Under the pieces are notes generated by a model, which was not told where the DNA came from, searched no databases, and saw only the letters and a program-made list of their open reading frames with translations. The translations under genes and the position numbers were made by a program. This document shows, piece after piece, positions 1-8,740 of a DNA stretch of 64,000 bases (position 1 is its first letter; each line of letters starts with the position of its first letter). The DNA is from a virus (Duplodnaviria; Caudoviricetes), in IMG/VR virus record IMGVR_UViG_3300028388_003135, positions 91 to 64,090 of that record. One strand, written 5' to 3'.

Positions 1-276
1 TATGTCCAAATGACGATCCTAGATATCCCAGGCGTGGTGAGTCGGATGAACACGCTCACGATGGAATCTGCTCCGCAATGGCCGACCATAGCTTACCTGC
101 GAGCCGCTGCGGAGCGAGAAAGTCCGCCAATGAAGTTGCTATCGCTTTTCAAGTCGGAAGCATTAGATCGCGGCCCTGAGCGTCCTGCAAAGCAACAAGG
201 CGTAGTAACAACTGACGCAGAGCCCCAAACGTTTGGATTAAAGCCACAGCAAATGACTTTTGACTTGGAATTCTGA
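1..276 (+). CDS. C-terminal part of an N6_Mtase/HsdM-like protein (probably continues the ORF at 63576..64000)
   Basis: The frame is open from base 1 and reads YVQMTILDIPGVVSRMNTL, resembling the 'YIQLSLLGIPAVV..GNTL' end of phage N6-MTase-like proteins. Confidence 0.65.
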   Translation, partial: YVQMTILDIPGVVSRMNTLTMESAPQWPTIAYLRAAAERESPPMKLLSLFKSEALDRGPERPAKQQGVVTTDAEPQTFGLKPQQMTFDLEF

Positions 277-282
277 TTTTCC

Positions 283-369
283 GCGCCCTGTTGATCGCCA
301 GATTACGCCTTTACCTATGGGCGGGGAATTGTCCCCGCGAGACACCACTTTGAAAGGCTAGGACATGAC
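283..369 (+). promoter_or_regulatory. Bipartite early-promoter-like motif plus leader repeat, copy 1
   Basis: GCGCCC at 283 and GCCTTTAC at 307. 308-369 is nearly identical to 8675-8740 and includes the hairpin GCGGGGA-ATTG-TCCCCGC. Confidence 0.65.
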
Positions 370-685
370 GAAAAACACTGTTACGCGAATCGCGCACGAC
401 GAGTTGATTGCTGAAGCGTGGTCGCGGTCGTTCAAATATGAAAAGTGCATCGCGACTGCAACGCGGCTAGACGACAGCATTATCGGACAACTGCGAGCTT
501 ACTTGGCAGTGTCGTGCAACAATTGGCAGATCGTCTATCGACCAGACCTCCCAAGTGGACGGCATGAGCATGGCCAGATTTGGATCGGCGCCAACAGTCA
601 CGCAACAACTCGAATTGCAGACGCTTTCGTGTCCGGTTGGACGGCCAATCTCGCATATGCACAGAGGTCCGCACGCATCGCATAG
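365..685 (+). CDS. Hypothetical protein
   Basis: ORF directly after the conserved leader (GAAAGG RBS-like). Confidence 0.65.
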   Translation: MTKNTVTRIAHDELIAEAWSRSFKYEKCIATATRLDDSIIGQLRAYLAVSCNNWQIVYRPDLPSGRHEHGQIWIGANSHATTRIADAFVSGWTANLAYAQRSARIA

Positions 686-761
686 GTCGAAACGCCTTCG
701 GGCGTCTAGGTTGGATGATTCCCGACCTACTGACGAGACAACTCAAACCACGGAGCCGGGC

Positions 762-1019
762 ATGGTTAGCACAGCACAAGCACGAAATCTATACCTCAAG
801 GCAAGCGAAGCGTTCGTAGAAGCGATCCACAATATGGACGGATCGACCGAAAGCGAAATTGAACGACTACGAGTCGCCGCCGCAAACGCGAACGGACGAC
901 GCGAAGCGATCAGGGATCTGGTTGGAGAAGCTCAAGTGCGAGAGTGGGTCACACAAAGCGAGCAAGGTCGCGTGTTCAAGGATGGTTTTGGCAACGTGCT
1001 CAGCCAGCCCCCATTCTAA
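762..1019 (+). CDS. Hypothetical protein
   Basis: ATG at 762 preceded by GGAG; in frame with ORF 555..1019. Confidence 0.5.
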   Translation: MVSTAQARNLYLKASEAFVEAIHNMDGSTESEIERLRVAAANANGRREAIRDLVGEAQVREWVTQSEQGRVFKDGFGNVLSQPPF

Positions 1020-1033
1020 AGAGCTCACACCAA

Positions 1034-1066
1034 GCGCCCCAAACACAAACGTTTGGGGCCTCTATT
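1034..1066 (+). promoter_or_regulatory. Bipartite early-promoter-like motif with palindrome in the spacer
   Basis: GCGCCCCAAACACAAACGTTTGGGGCCT, identical at 4672 and 6063. Confidence 0.65.
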
Positions 1067-1114
1067 GTAGGGCGGCGTTTGCCGCGACCGACACCACTAC
1101 CTTAGGAGACACCG

Positions 1115-2596
1115 ATGAATTCACAAGCCAACGCTACTGTGTACGACAAAGCCGCTCACGCCTTTAAGCGTGGCGTGCCTATTGTGACGTTGACGACCGC
1201 CGATCCCGCGTTAACCGTGAAGCTTCTGCGTGAAGCCATCGACGCGCCTTTAGTGCAGTTTGATGTCGCTGATGGCTGGAAGGTGCCCGAGCAGCCAAAC
1301 CAAGAAGAGGCTAAGAAGCGCCTCGCCGTGGTCGACTGTGACGCACAGCCGGATCCTGCAGAGGCGTTGATTCAGTGCCGACAAATGGACGACGATACTG
1401 TCGTTGTGTTGCATAACGCTCATGTCTTTGTTAACAGCGATGTAGAGCGGCAAGCGATTTGGAATTGTCGCGACGAGTTCAAAGCGACCAACAAGATGCT
1501 AGTCCTGCTCGGTCCGCAGTTTCAAGTACCAGCAGAATTGCAGAATGACGTAGTGCAACTAGACGAGCCGCTACCTGACCATAGCGAACTCGTCGACGTG
1601 ATTGCTGGCCTTTGTGCCGAAGTCGATGTAGATGTCGATAGCGAAGCAGTGCAACGCGCAGCATCGGCCTCAGCTGGCCTATCTGGCTTTGCTGCTGAGC
1701 AGTACGCTGCGATCAACCTGAGTCGCGAAGGCTTGGACGTGCCAGGTATTTGGGAGGACAAGTGTGCCAAGATCAATGAAACGCCAGGCTTACAAGTCGT
1801 ATCTGGCGACAAGACGTTTGAAGATGTTGCTGGCGTGAGTCAAGCGAAGAAGTTTGTGCGGAAGATTCTCGGCGGTTGCGATGCTCCGAATACGATTGTA
1901 TTCATCGACGAGATCGAGAAGTCTATTAGCGGGCAGGGTGACACCTCTGGCGTGTCCCAGGATCAACTTGGTGTGCTGCTACAGTGGATGCAAGACAATG
2001 CCGCTACCGGCATGATCCTTGTCGGACCACCAGGAGCAGCGAAGTCAGCGTTCGCTAAAACGGCTGGCGGCGAGGGCGGCATTCCGACAATCCAATTGGA
2101 TCTTGGCGGGATGAAAGGCGAGTTCGTCGGAACGTCTGAGACGCGAATCCGCGATGCACTTAAGGTAGTGCATTCAGTGTCTGGCGGCAAAACGATGTGG
2201 ATTGCAACATGCAACTCTCTAGCATCGCTGCCACCAGAGCTCAAGCGACGATTCAACTTCGGCACATGGTTCTTCGATCTGCCAACCCGCGAGGAACGCA
2301 AGGCGATCTGGGATCTCTATGTCGCAAAGTTTGGCGTCAGCGATCCCAGCGACAAGCTACTCGACCAACCTTGGACCGGAGCCGAGATCGAGTCCTGCTG
2401 CCGAATCGCTTGGCAAACCAATGACACAGTTGACGAATGTGCAGAGTTTATCGTGCCCGTTGCGACCGCAGCCGCGGATAGTATTGCCAAGCTGCAAGAG
2501 TCCGCTGTAGGCAAGTTTCTCAATGCCGCTGCTCCAGGACCATACGCAAAGCCTAAACCACAGAAGGCGAAGCGAACTCGCAAAGCGAGCATCTAG
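1115..2596 (+). CDS. Ycf46-like AAA+ ATPase with Walker B block placed before Walker A block
   Basis: IVFIDEIEK (1895-), GDTSG, GPPGAAKS (2024-2047), FVGTSE, IATCN, LPPEL.RRF; degenerate N-terminal AAA domain. Confidence 0.9.
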   Translation: MNSQANATVYDKAAHAFKRGVPIVTLTTADPALTVKLLREAIDAPLVQFDVADGWKVPEQPNQEEAKKRLAVVDCDAQPDPAEALIQCRQMDDDTVVVLHNAHVFVNSDVERQAIWNCRDEFKATNKMLVLLGPQFQVPAELQNDVVQLDEPLPDHSELVDVIAGLCAEVDVDVDSEAVQRAASASAGLSGFAAEQYAAINLSREGLDVPGIWEDKCAKINETPGLQVVSGDKTFEDVAGVSQAKKFVRKILGGCDAPNTIVFIDEIEKSISGQGDTSGVSQDQLGVLLQWMQDNAATGMILVGPPGAAKSAFAKTAGGEGGIPTIQLDLGGMKGEFVGTSETRIRDALKVVHSVSGGKTMWIATCNSLASLPPELKRRFNFGTWFFDLPTREERKAIWDLYVAKFGVSDPSDKLLDQPWTGAEIESCCRIAWQTNDTVDECAEFIVPVATAAADSIAKLQESAVGKFLNAAAPGPYAKPKPQKAKRTRKASI

Positions 2597-2643
2597 GGGA
2601 TGGTGTCCCCCTAGCGGGCGCGGCGAGAATCCTAAGGCTCGCC

Positions 2644-2675
2644 GCGCCTACCCATCCAAACGTTTGGGCCTAGAG
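2644..2675 (+). promoter_or_regulatory. Bipartite early-promoter-like motif with palindrome
   Basis: GCGCCT at 2644 and GCCTAG at 2668 (same 24-nt offset as the other copies); palindrome at 2657. Confidence 0.55.
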
Positions 2676-2712
2676 AGATAGGCACCAAAGTTCTTTCACG
2701 GAGACGATTACT

Positions 2713-3150
2713 ATGAGCAAGATGACTCACCATGATTTACGGATTGGCGACAAGGTCAGCGTGAATGGCAAGCCACCACGCACCATAAGCAGGTTGCTAG
2801 GCGGCGATCGGTTCACAGTCCACGGGATCGCAGGCAGCGGCGAGCCGGCTTTTCAGGTATGGTCGTTCTACGAGAACAACGTCCTGCGGACCGAGCAAAC
2901 GTCCGACACTGGCGTGCGGTATGTGGATGCATTCCTGCTAGCACTGGATGAATCGAACGGCATCCTAGACAGTGAGTTCGCGGACAAGTGGCTAGATGAA
3001 CTGCTCGACGAAGGTAGCGAACTCGTCGAAGATGTCCGGCAAACGTTTCTGAGCCACTCGCCTATTTTTCGCTTCCCAGAATCCACGCAGCTAATCATCA
3101 GCCGACTAGGTGAGGTTGCGTTTAACGAACCGGAGACCACGGATGAATGA
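2713..3150 (+). CDS. Hypothetical protein
   Basis: ORF with GGAG RBS. Confidence 0.6.
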   Translation: MSKMTHHDLRIGDKVSVNGKPPRTISRLLGGDRFTVHGIAGSGEPAFQVWSFYENNVLRTEQTSDTGVRYVDAFLLALDESNGILDSEFADKWLDELLDEGSELVEDVRQTFLSHSPIFRFPESTQLIISRLGEVAFNEPETTDE

Positions 3151-3670
3151 ACAGCAACTCTCAGAGCTTTTGACCGACATCTACCCTCAGCTGCAACGGC
3201 AAGCCAGACAGATCGTTAGAGAGAACCCACGTTACGATGCTGACGATGTTCTGCAGCAAGCAATGATCAACGCAACCAGAGCATTCCGCGTAGGGCATTA
3301 TGACGGAATGGACCCAAACGGGATCCACTATTGCGTGGTCAACGAAGTTCGTCGAGCAGTGATCAAGATGTCGGCAAAGCAGCAACGAGCACAGCGAGAC
3401 TATCGCCGAACGCAACACGCCGAAGCGATAGACCTGTCATTCCTAGTGTTAGACGCGACAGAATCGCGTCTAATCGCCGAAGATACCGTCGAACGCATAA
3501 AATCACGTCTTTGCCTGACACCGCACTGGGAGCGAAATGTGAAGGTTTTCGAAGCCCTAATCGCCGGACACTCGATGGCAGACATCAAGAGGCAAGGGAT
3601 GACGAACCGAGCTGTTCGATCAGCGGTCCAAGAGATCCGCGAAATCGCAACAGAATTTCTGGCTTTATAG
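3143..3670 (+). CDS. ECF/sigma-70 family RNA polymerase sigma factor
   Basis: Region 2-like IYPQLQRQARQIV...DADDVLQQAM; region 4 HTH-like VFEALIAGHSMADIKRQGMTNRAVRS. Confidence 0.75.
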   Translation: MNEQQLSELLTDIYPQLQRQARQIVRENPRYDADDVLQQAMINATRAFRVGHYDGMDPNGIHYCVVNEVRRAVIKMSAKQQRAQRDYRRTQHAEAIDLSFLVLDATESRLIAEDTVERIKSRLCLTPHWERNVKVFEALIAGHSMADIKRQGMTNRAVRSAVQEIREIATEFLAL

Positions 3671-3703
3671 CGCCCCAAACGTTTGGGTGCTGGGCCATAC
3701 CTA
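3670..3703 (+). promoter_or_regulatory. Bipartite early-promoter-like motif with palindrome
   Basis: GCGCCC at 3670 and GCCATAC at 3694; the leader TAGGCAAAGTTCATTTCAC(T/C)GGAGGCACCA is shared with 4706-4735. Confidence 0.65.
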
Positions 3704-3734
3704 TAGGCAAAGTTCATTTCACTGGAGGCACCAC

Positions 3735-4658
3735 ATGGTTACTGAAGAAAATAAGACCGAGTTCGCTGAAAAGCTTCGGGCACAAACTTGCGGCGTACGG
3801 TTCCGTTCGTTTGGTATGACGTTGAGTCGCAAGCTAGATAAGGACAAGATCCAGGACATCGCTACGCAGTTTGACGCCGACAGTGAGTCGTTGACTGCAA
3901 GTAAGCGGATTCTCGACAGCAAACATGGTAGCGTCCGCAAGGTTCGTGCTACGCAACGGCAAGCAAAGATTGAGGTTCACAAGAACTCAATCGACTATCC
4001 GGAGAAGGGGCTGCGACTAATCAAAACGGCAGCTATTGAGGCAGTCACCCAGCGAATCGCTGACTATAAGATTGAGTTGGACGAGGCTTTGCAAGAGCTC
4101 TACGACGATTGGGATGACATCAAGGCCGAACGGCAAACCGCCCTCAAAGAACTGTACAGCGATTCGGATTATGATCTCGATGTGCGCGAGCACTTTGCAA
4201 TCTCAATCGAGTTTCCCGCTATTGAGCCAGATCAGCGGCTGATGACATTGCATCCCGAACTTTACGCTGCTGAGCAGGAACGTATCGGGCAGCAATTCGC
4301 CGAAGCACTGATTGAGCTAGAGATCGCTGCAAAAGCGGAATTGACAAAGATGCTGAACCACTTCGTAGAACGCTTAGAGCCAAGCGAGGACGGCAAGAAG
4401 AAGACGCTGACCGAGTCAACGCTTGTGAAGCTTCACGAATACGCAGAGTACTTCAAGTCACAAACAATCGGATCGCATGCCGACCTGGACGGGCTAATGG
4501 CAGAAATCTCTGATTGGTGCCAGGGCCGCAACGTTGAGCAGATCCGCAAGGGCGACCCTATGTACCGCGAGGGCGTCAAGGCGGATCTTACACGATTTAA
4601 AGAAGCTGCTAGCGCGCTAGTCATTGCTAAGCCTCGCCGCATGATCGACTTGGACTAA
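3735..4658 (+). CDS. Helical protein, DUF3150-like
   Basis: GGAGG RBS; 'ASKRILD...YPEKGLRLI...F.I..EF' pattern; adjacent to AAA/DUF1257/DUF2997. Confidence 0.55.
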   Translation: MVTEENKTEFAEKLRAQTCGVRFRSFGMTLSRKLDKDKIQDIATQFDADSESLTASKRILDSKHGSVRKVRATQRQAKIEVHKNSIDYPEKGLRLIKTAAIEAVTQRIADYKIELDEALQELYDDWDDIKAERQTALKELYSDSDYDLDVREHFAISIEFPAIEPDQRLMTLHPELYAAEQERIGQQFAEALIELEIAAKAELTKMLNHFVERLEPSEDGKKKTLTESTLVKLHEYAEYFKSQTIGSHADLDGLMAEISDWCQGRNVEQIRKGDPMYREGVKADLTRFKEAASALVIAKPRRMIDLD

Positions 4659-4671
4659 TGGCGGCGGCGCA

Positions 4672-4703
4672 GCGCCCCAAACACAAACGTTTGGGGCCTT
4701 TAC
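4672..4703 (+). promoter_or_regulatory. Bipartite early-promoter-like motif with palindrome
   Basis: GCGCCC at 4672 and GCCTTTAC at 4696. Confidence 0.65.
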
Positions 4704-4737
4704 GGTAGGCAAAGTTCATTTCACCGGAGGCACCAAA

Positions 4738-5199
4738 ATGAGTCATATTTCAGCAGTCGACTTTCGATTCGACGAAGCGCACTTCGACACGCTCGCTAAG
4801 GACTGCGAAGCGCTAGGGCTAGAGCTTGTTCGGAACGCTACCACGTACAAGTGGTATGGTCGGGATATGGGCGACTATCGCGACAAGACAGCAGGCGAAC
4901 TCGGCATCGTGCCTGACGGCAAGTGTTCGCATAAGATTCGCGTCAAAGACGCGGATAACAGCACGTATGAAATCGGCCTAGTTGCCGATCCGCAAAACGC
5001 TGGCAAGTTCATCCCAGTGTGGGATTTCTGGAACGGCGGGCATGGCTTGATGAAGCTGGTGGGTGATGGTGAAGACATTAACAAGCTCACGCACACGCAT
5101 TCGCTGTCGGTCACCCGAAAGACGCTCCGCAAGAAAGGACTACGTTGGAGTGAGTCAGTAGGCCAGGACGGACGCACGCGATTTAAGGTCACACTCTAA
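4738..5199 (+). CDS. DUF1257 (Ycf35-like) protein
   Basis: MSHIS...L...CEALG...YEIGL...WDFW. Confidence 0.75.
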   Translation: MSHISAVDFRFDEAHFDTLAKDCEALGLELVRNATTYKWYGRDMGDYRDKTAGELGIVPDGKCSHKIRVKDADNSTYEIGLVADPQNAGKFIPVWDFWNGGHGLMKLVGDGEDINKLTHTHSLSVTRKTLRKKGLRWSESVGQDGRTRFKVTL

Positions 5200-5210
5200 G
5201 GAGCAGTCGG

Positions 5211-5420
5211 ATGAAACGTTTCAACAAGTCAAGCGGAACCGTCGACATCACATTCAACGCTGATGGGTCGACCGACATCAAAGTAGAAGGCGTAAAGGGC
5301 AGCAGCTGCACGAAGCTTACCGAGGACATTGAGTCCGCAATTGGTGTCACCAAGTCGAGCAAGAAGACCCGCGAATATCGCGAGAAAGAACAGAGGCAGG
5401 GACGAAAGGCAACGCAATGA
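5211..5420 (+). CDS. DUF2997 family protein
   Basis: ITFNADGSTDIKVEGVKGSSCTKLTEDIESAIG...T.EY. Confidence 0.85.
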   Translation: MKRFNKSSGTVDITFNADGSTDIKVEGVKGSSCTKLTEDIESAIGVTKSSKKTREYREKEQRQGRKATQ

Positions 5421-6061
5421 GTTTCAAAGAGCTTGCTGATCTAGTTGTCGGGCACCGAGTAGTGCTCGCGTCGGAAGTCGACGGCAGCAGCAAGTTCGTA
5501 GAAGTGACTGTCGATCAAATTGGCACAACCGGAGTGTTTGTGAAAGGCTTTCGGTTTCCATCGGCACGTATTAATTTTGCATCGCTCACTACCGATTGTG
5601 GCAGATGGAAGTACATCAAATACTGCCAGCACTATCGTTGCTGCAACCTGCATGCAGCGACTCTGGGAGAAATGCCGCGCCGGAGCCGACGCCAGGACTA
5701 CACATTCTATAGCTGCGACACACCGACAGCTGACGGGCCTTGCACTGTTGGCGTTTGGGGGAGAACGGATTCAAGTCCGGCAGATCAGTTGCTTAGGACT
5801 CTTCGCAAAGACGTGTTTGCGAAACTCAACAGTGTTCCAACGGACCACTATGAAGCGGTTTGGCTCGCAGCAAACGTAGACACCAACGATTCAATCGGTC
5901 GCATGAACACGGACGAATGCAACGAGATGCTCCAAACCATCAAGGAGTATCAAGCAAACGGGATCGAGGCGCTGAGGCCAGTGGCAAAGATACGGACATC
6001 GCCAACTCAAGACAAAACAGTAATTGTGCAACACCACAAGCGAAAAATCAGGCTCGACTGA
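5417..6061 (+). CDS. Hypothetical protein
   Basis: Start overlaps the upstream stop (ATGA); Cys-rich middle. Confidence 0.6.
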   Translation: MSFKELADLVVGHRVVLASEVDGSSKFVEVTVDQIGTTGVFVKGFRFPSARINFASLTTDCGRWKYIKYCQHYRCCNLHAATLGEMPRRSRRQDYTFYSCDTPTADGPCTVGVWGRTDSSPADQLLRTLRKDVFAKLNSVPTDHYEAVWLAANVDTNDSIGRMNTDECNEMLQTIKEYQANGIEALRPVAKIRTSPTQDKTVIVQHHKRKIRLD

Positions 6062-6062
6062 A

Positions 6063-6094
6063 GCGCCCCAAACACAAACGTTTGGGGCCTTTCT
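6063..6094 (+). promoter_or_regulatory. Bipartite early-promoter-like motif with palindrome
   Basis: GCGCCC at 6063 and GCCTTTC at 6087. Confidence 0.6.
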
Positions 6095-6109
6095 AATTTG
6101 GAGGACACC

Positions 6110-6439
6110 ATGCAAGAACGAACATTAGTATTCAACAGCGATGGCTCGATGCGGTTTCTAGCTCACGACGAACTGACTTGTTTAGAGCAGTCAGGCAGTA
6201 CCGCAAAGCGTCGTGCATCACACGTAGAGCCTAAACGTTTGGTGTTGCGAGTAGCGTTCCACATGCTGCGCCGAATGTTCGGCGAATCAGGAACTGTAGC
6301 AGCGTTCACGCGAGTTTGGCCCTGCGAGTGGGTTGTGGACCTTAGACCATCAAACGGACCTCGCCTCGATGGTCCATTCGCAGATAGGGCGACAGCGATT
6401 GAGGCCGAAGAGCGCTGGTTGTCCGAGAATTATCTTTGA
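6110..6439 (+). CDS. Hypothetical protein of the 'RRASHVEP' type
   Basis: GGAGG RBS; RRASHVEP and W.VDL.P..GP.L.GPF..R..A..AE..WL. Confidence 0.7.
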   Translation: MQERTLVFNSDGSMRFLAHDELTCLEQSGSTAKRRASHVEPKRLVLRVAFHMLRRMFGESGTVAAFTRVWPCEWVVDLRPSNGPRLDGPFADRATAIEAEERWLSENYL

Positions 6440-6446
6440 GGTAAAG

Positions 6447-6968
6447 ATGCCGAATTTATTTGAGATTGGCGACGACCTGCGGGAAGCAGATGAACTGCTT
6501 GAGCAGGCATTTGAGCAGGCTGGCGAAGAAGGGTTGTCGCAAGATGATCCTGTACTGCGGTGGTTTGAGGCGATCAAAGGGCAGGAGGCAACCAAGCTAG
6601 AAGGCTATGGCTGGTTGCTGCGAGAGCTCAACGTCGACCTTGCAGGATTTAAGCAGCTACGAGACGAGTTCGTTCGCAAAGCGCAGGTCACCGAGCGTAA
6701 GATCGCGTGGCTAAAACAACGTTTACTCGAGTACATGACAGATACGGACCAGACCAGGATCAAGACGCCAAGCTTTACTGTCAGCCGCCGTGCTAACGGC
6801 GGTAAAGCTCCCGTGGTATTCGAGAAGGACGAATTGCCGGAGGAGTTCTTAGAACAAGTGCTGCACATGGAAGTTAGAACTAACGATCTCCGAGATGCTC
6901 TCGAAGCAGGACAGCAGGTTCAAGGTGCGTACCTCGGTGCGCGAGGGCAGCATGTCCAAGTCCGCTAA
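6447..6968 (+). CDS. Siphovirus Gp157 family protein
   Basis: MPNLFEI...KLEGYGWLLREL...LKQRLLEYM...IKTPSFTVS...LPEEF...GAYL. Confidence 0.8.
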   Translation: MPNLFEIGDDLREADELLEQAFEQAGEEGLSQDDPVLRWFEAIKGQEATKLEGYGWLLRELNVDLAGFKQLRDEFVRKAQVTERKIAWLKQRLLEYMTDTDQTRIKTPSFTVSRRANGGKAPVVFEKDELPEEFLEQVLHMEVRTNDLRDALEAGQQVQGAYLGARGQHVQVR

Positions 6969-7749
6969 GCCACGACGCGTTAAATGCCCATACTGCAAGC
7001 AGTGGGCACAATTTGTTCGCGGCGATCAGGTGTACCCTAACCGCCGCGACCTTCGCGAAAAGCGTTTCTATATCTGCAAGCCCTGCGACGCGCGGGTTGG
7101 TTGTCATCCAAACGGTGACCCGTTCGGTTCTCTTGCAAATGCAGCGACAAGGTCAGCGAGAAGCGAAGCGCATCAAGCATTCGATCCGCTATGGAAGTCT
7201 GGCGGCATGTCTCGCAGCCAAGCATATAAATGGCTCGGCAAAGCAATGGGACTCTCGAAGCGAGAGTGCCACATAGGGCGATTCGATCCAGGGCAATGTC
7301 AGCAAGTCGTCCAGCTGGTAGCCAAGCGCTCTGAAGTAGCGTTAGGACAGATGCCCGACGACATTGTTCAGCAGCAAACAGTGCTGGAGGATATTGTCAC
7401 CGCGCTAGCGTTGATATCGCCAGAGCAGGTCGACCGACAGTTGATCGATCACCTAGTTAGTCGCTCCGGTTCCGAGCAGATGACGTTCGCTTTGCAGATG
7501 TCAATAGCGTGGAGCCACAAGCCAGCGAGGCTCGCTCAGCAGTTCTCCCAAACGTTTGGAACTGACCGCCTTTTGGACCTTATCCGGTTAGCAGATCAGA
7601 GAGTGTTCGTGTGGCACATGAACTACTACATGATTCGATTAGCATGGCTGTACGATCGAGCGAGCGATATCGACGACGCTTTGACCATACTTGTCCGAGC
7701 AAGAGATAGAACTACGTTCTCAACATATAACATCGGAGACACCAAATGA
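6952..7749 (+). CDS. DUF3268 zinc-finger protein with C-terminal extension
   Basis: CPYC, CKPCDARVGCH, AHQAFDPLW, SRSQAYKWL, CHIGRF. Confidence 0.8.
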   Translation: MSKSAKPRRVKCPYCKQWAQFVRGDQVYPNRRDLREKRFYICKPCDARVGCHPNGDPFGSLANAATRSARSEAHQAFDPLWKSGGMSRSQAYKWLGKAMGLSKRECHIGRFDPGQCQQVVQLVAKRSEVALGQMPDDIVQQQTVLEDIVTALALISPEQVDRQLIDHLVSRSGSEQMTFALQMSIAWSHKPARLAQQFSQTFGTDRLLDLIRLADQRVFVWHMNYYMIRLAWLYDRASDIDDALTILVRARDRTTFSTYNIGDTK

Positions 7750-8624
7750 GCAGCACCGGCGAAATCTTCAAAGCGTTGGTTCAAGTGCAGAGGGATTTAG
7801 TTGCGTCTGGCATCAAGAAGGAACGCACCACCGACAGCGGGCCTCGGTATTCGTATCGAGGTATCGACGACATCTACGAAGTAGTCGGCAACATCATGTC
7901 AAAGGCGGGCATAGTTTGCGTGCCGACCAAAACTAATACCCACTACGAAGAACGGGTTATAGAGACACACCAGAAAACAAGTCACGTGCGTTTAGCAGCG
8001 GTAACGCAAACATATCGTTTCTACGCCGAGGACGGGTCGTTCATTGAAGCTGAGATATGCGGAGAGGGCGTCGATCACTCCGACAAAGCGACCAACAAAG
8101 CTCTCTCAGCTGCCTACAAGTATTTGATGTTCCAAACGTTTTGCATTCCATATGAAGGCAACGGCGGCGCGACCGACTCCGAGTCAGACAACATACCTGT
8201 TGGCAAGCCAGCTAATCGCCAACCTAACGCGACCGGAGCGGCAAGCGGCTCAAACGGTGCAAACGGAAGCAGCGGCGGGCAGAACGGCTCACAGACGGCC
8301 TCAGCGGGGCTGGATTGGTGGCCAGCAAAAGTAGACGCGAAGGCAGTGCCAGGACTCTGTGATCGAATTAAGGATCTCGACCAGGACGAACAGCTGCGAG
8401 TCGTGGCAGGAACGTTAGTCAAGGCCTTTGCAGCGAAAACGATATCCAAGCCATCAGGGCGGAAGATTGCATTAGCGGTTCTAGGCCGTCGAGGCGACAT
8501 AGTACCCGAGTCGCGGTTCGCGTCGTTTGCAGACATGGTCGCTCACCTCGAAAAAATCGAACTACTTTCGCATGATGAAGCTGTGCCCATAATTGAAGCC
8601 ACCAGAGCGAGGTTGTCGCTCTAA
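7746..8624 (+). CDS. erf: ERF-family single-strand annealing protein
   Basis: YSYRGIDDI...GEGVDHSDKATNKALSAAYKY.MFQTFCIP. Confidence 0.85.
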   Translation: MSSTGEIFKALVQVQRDLVASGIKKERTTDSGPRYSYRGIDDIYEVVGNIMSKAGIVCVPTKTNTHYEERVIETHQKTSHVRLAAVTQTYRFYAEDGSFIEAEICGEGVDHSDKATNKALSAAYKYLMFQTFCIPYEGNGGATDSESDNIPVGKPANRQPNATGAASGSNGANGSSGGQNGSQTASAGLDWWPAKVDAKAVPGLCDRIKDLDQDEQLRVVAGTLVKAFAAKTISKPSGRKIALAVLGRRGDIVPESRFASFADMVAHLEKIELLSHDEAVPIIEATRARLSL

Positions 8625-8649
8625 ATAAAATCGGTTTTCAGGAAAAGCC

Positions 8650-8740
8650 GCGCCCCAAACGTTTGGATTTCGGACCTTTACCTATGGGCGGGGAATTGTC
8701 CCCGCGAGACCGACACCATCTTGAAAGGCTAGAACATGAC
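8650..8740 (+). promoter_or_regulatory. Bipartite promoter-like motif, palindrome and leader repeat, copy 2
   Basis: GCGCCC at 8650, ACCTTTAC at 8674, palindrome at 8656; 8675-8740 is similar to 308-369. Confidence 0.65.

Noticed and set aside
2593-2649. Two inverted repeats after the AAA gene as an intrinsic terminator
   Set aside because: No U-tract follows. Function is unresolved, although the second stem overlaps the GCGCC promoter box.
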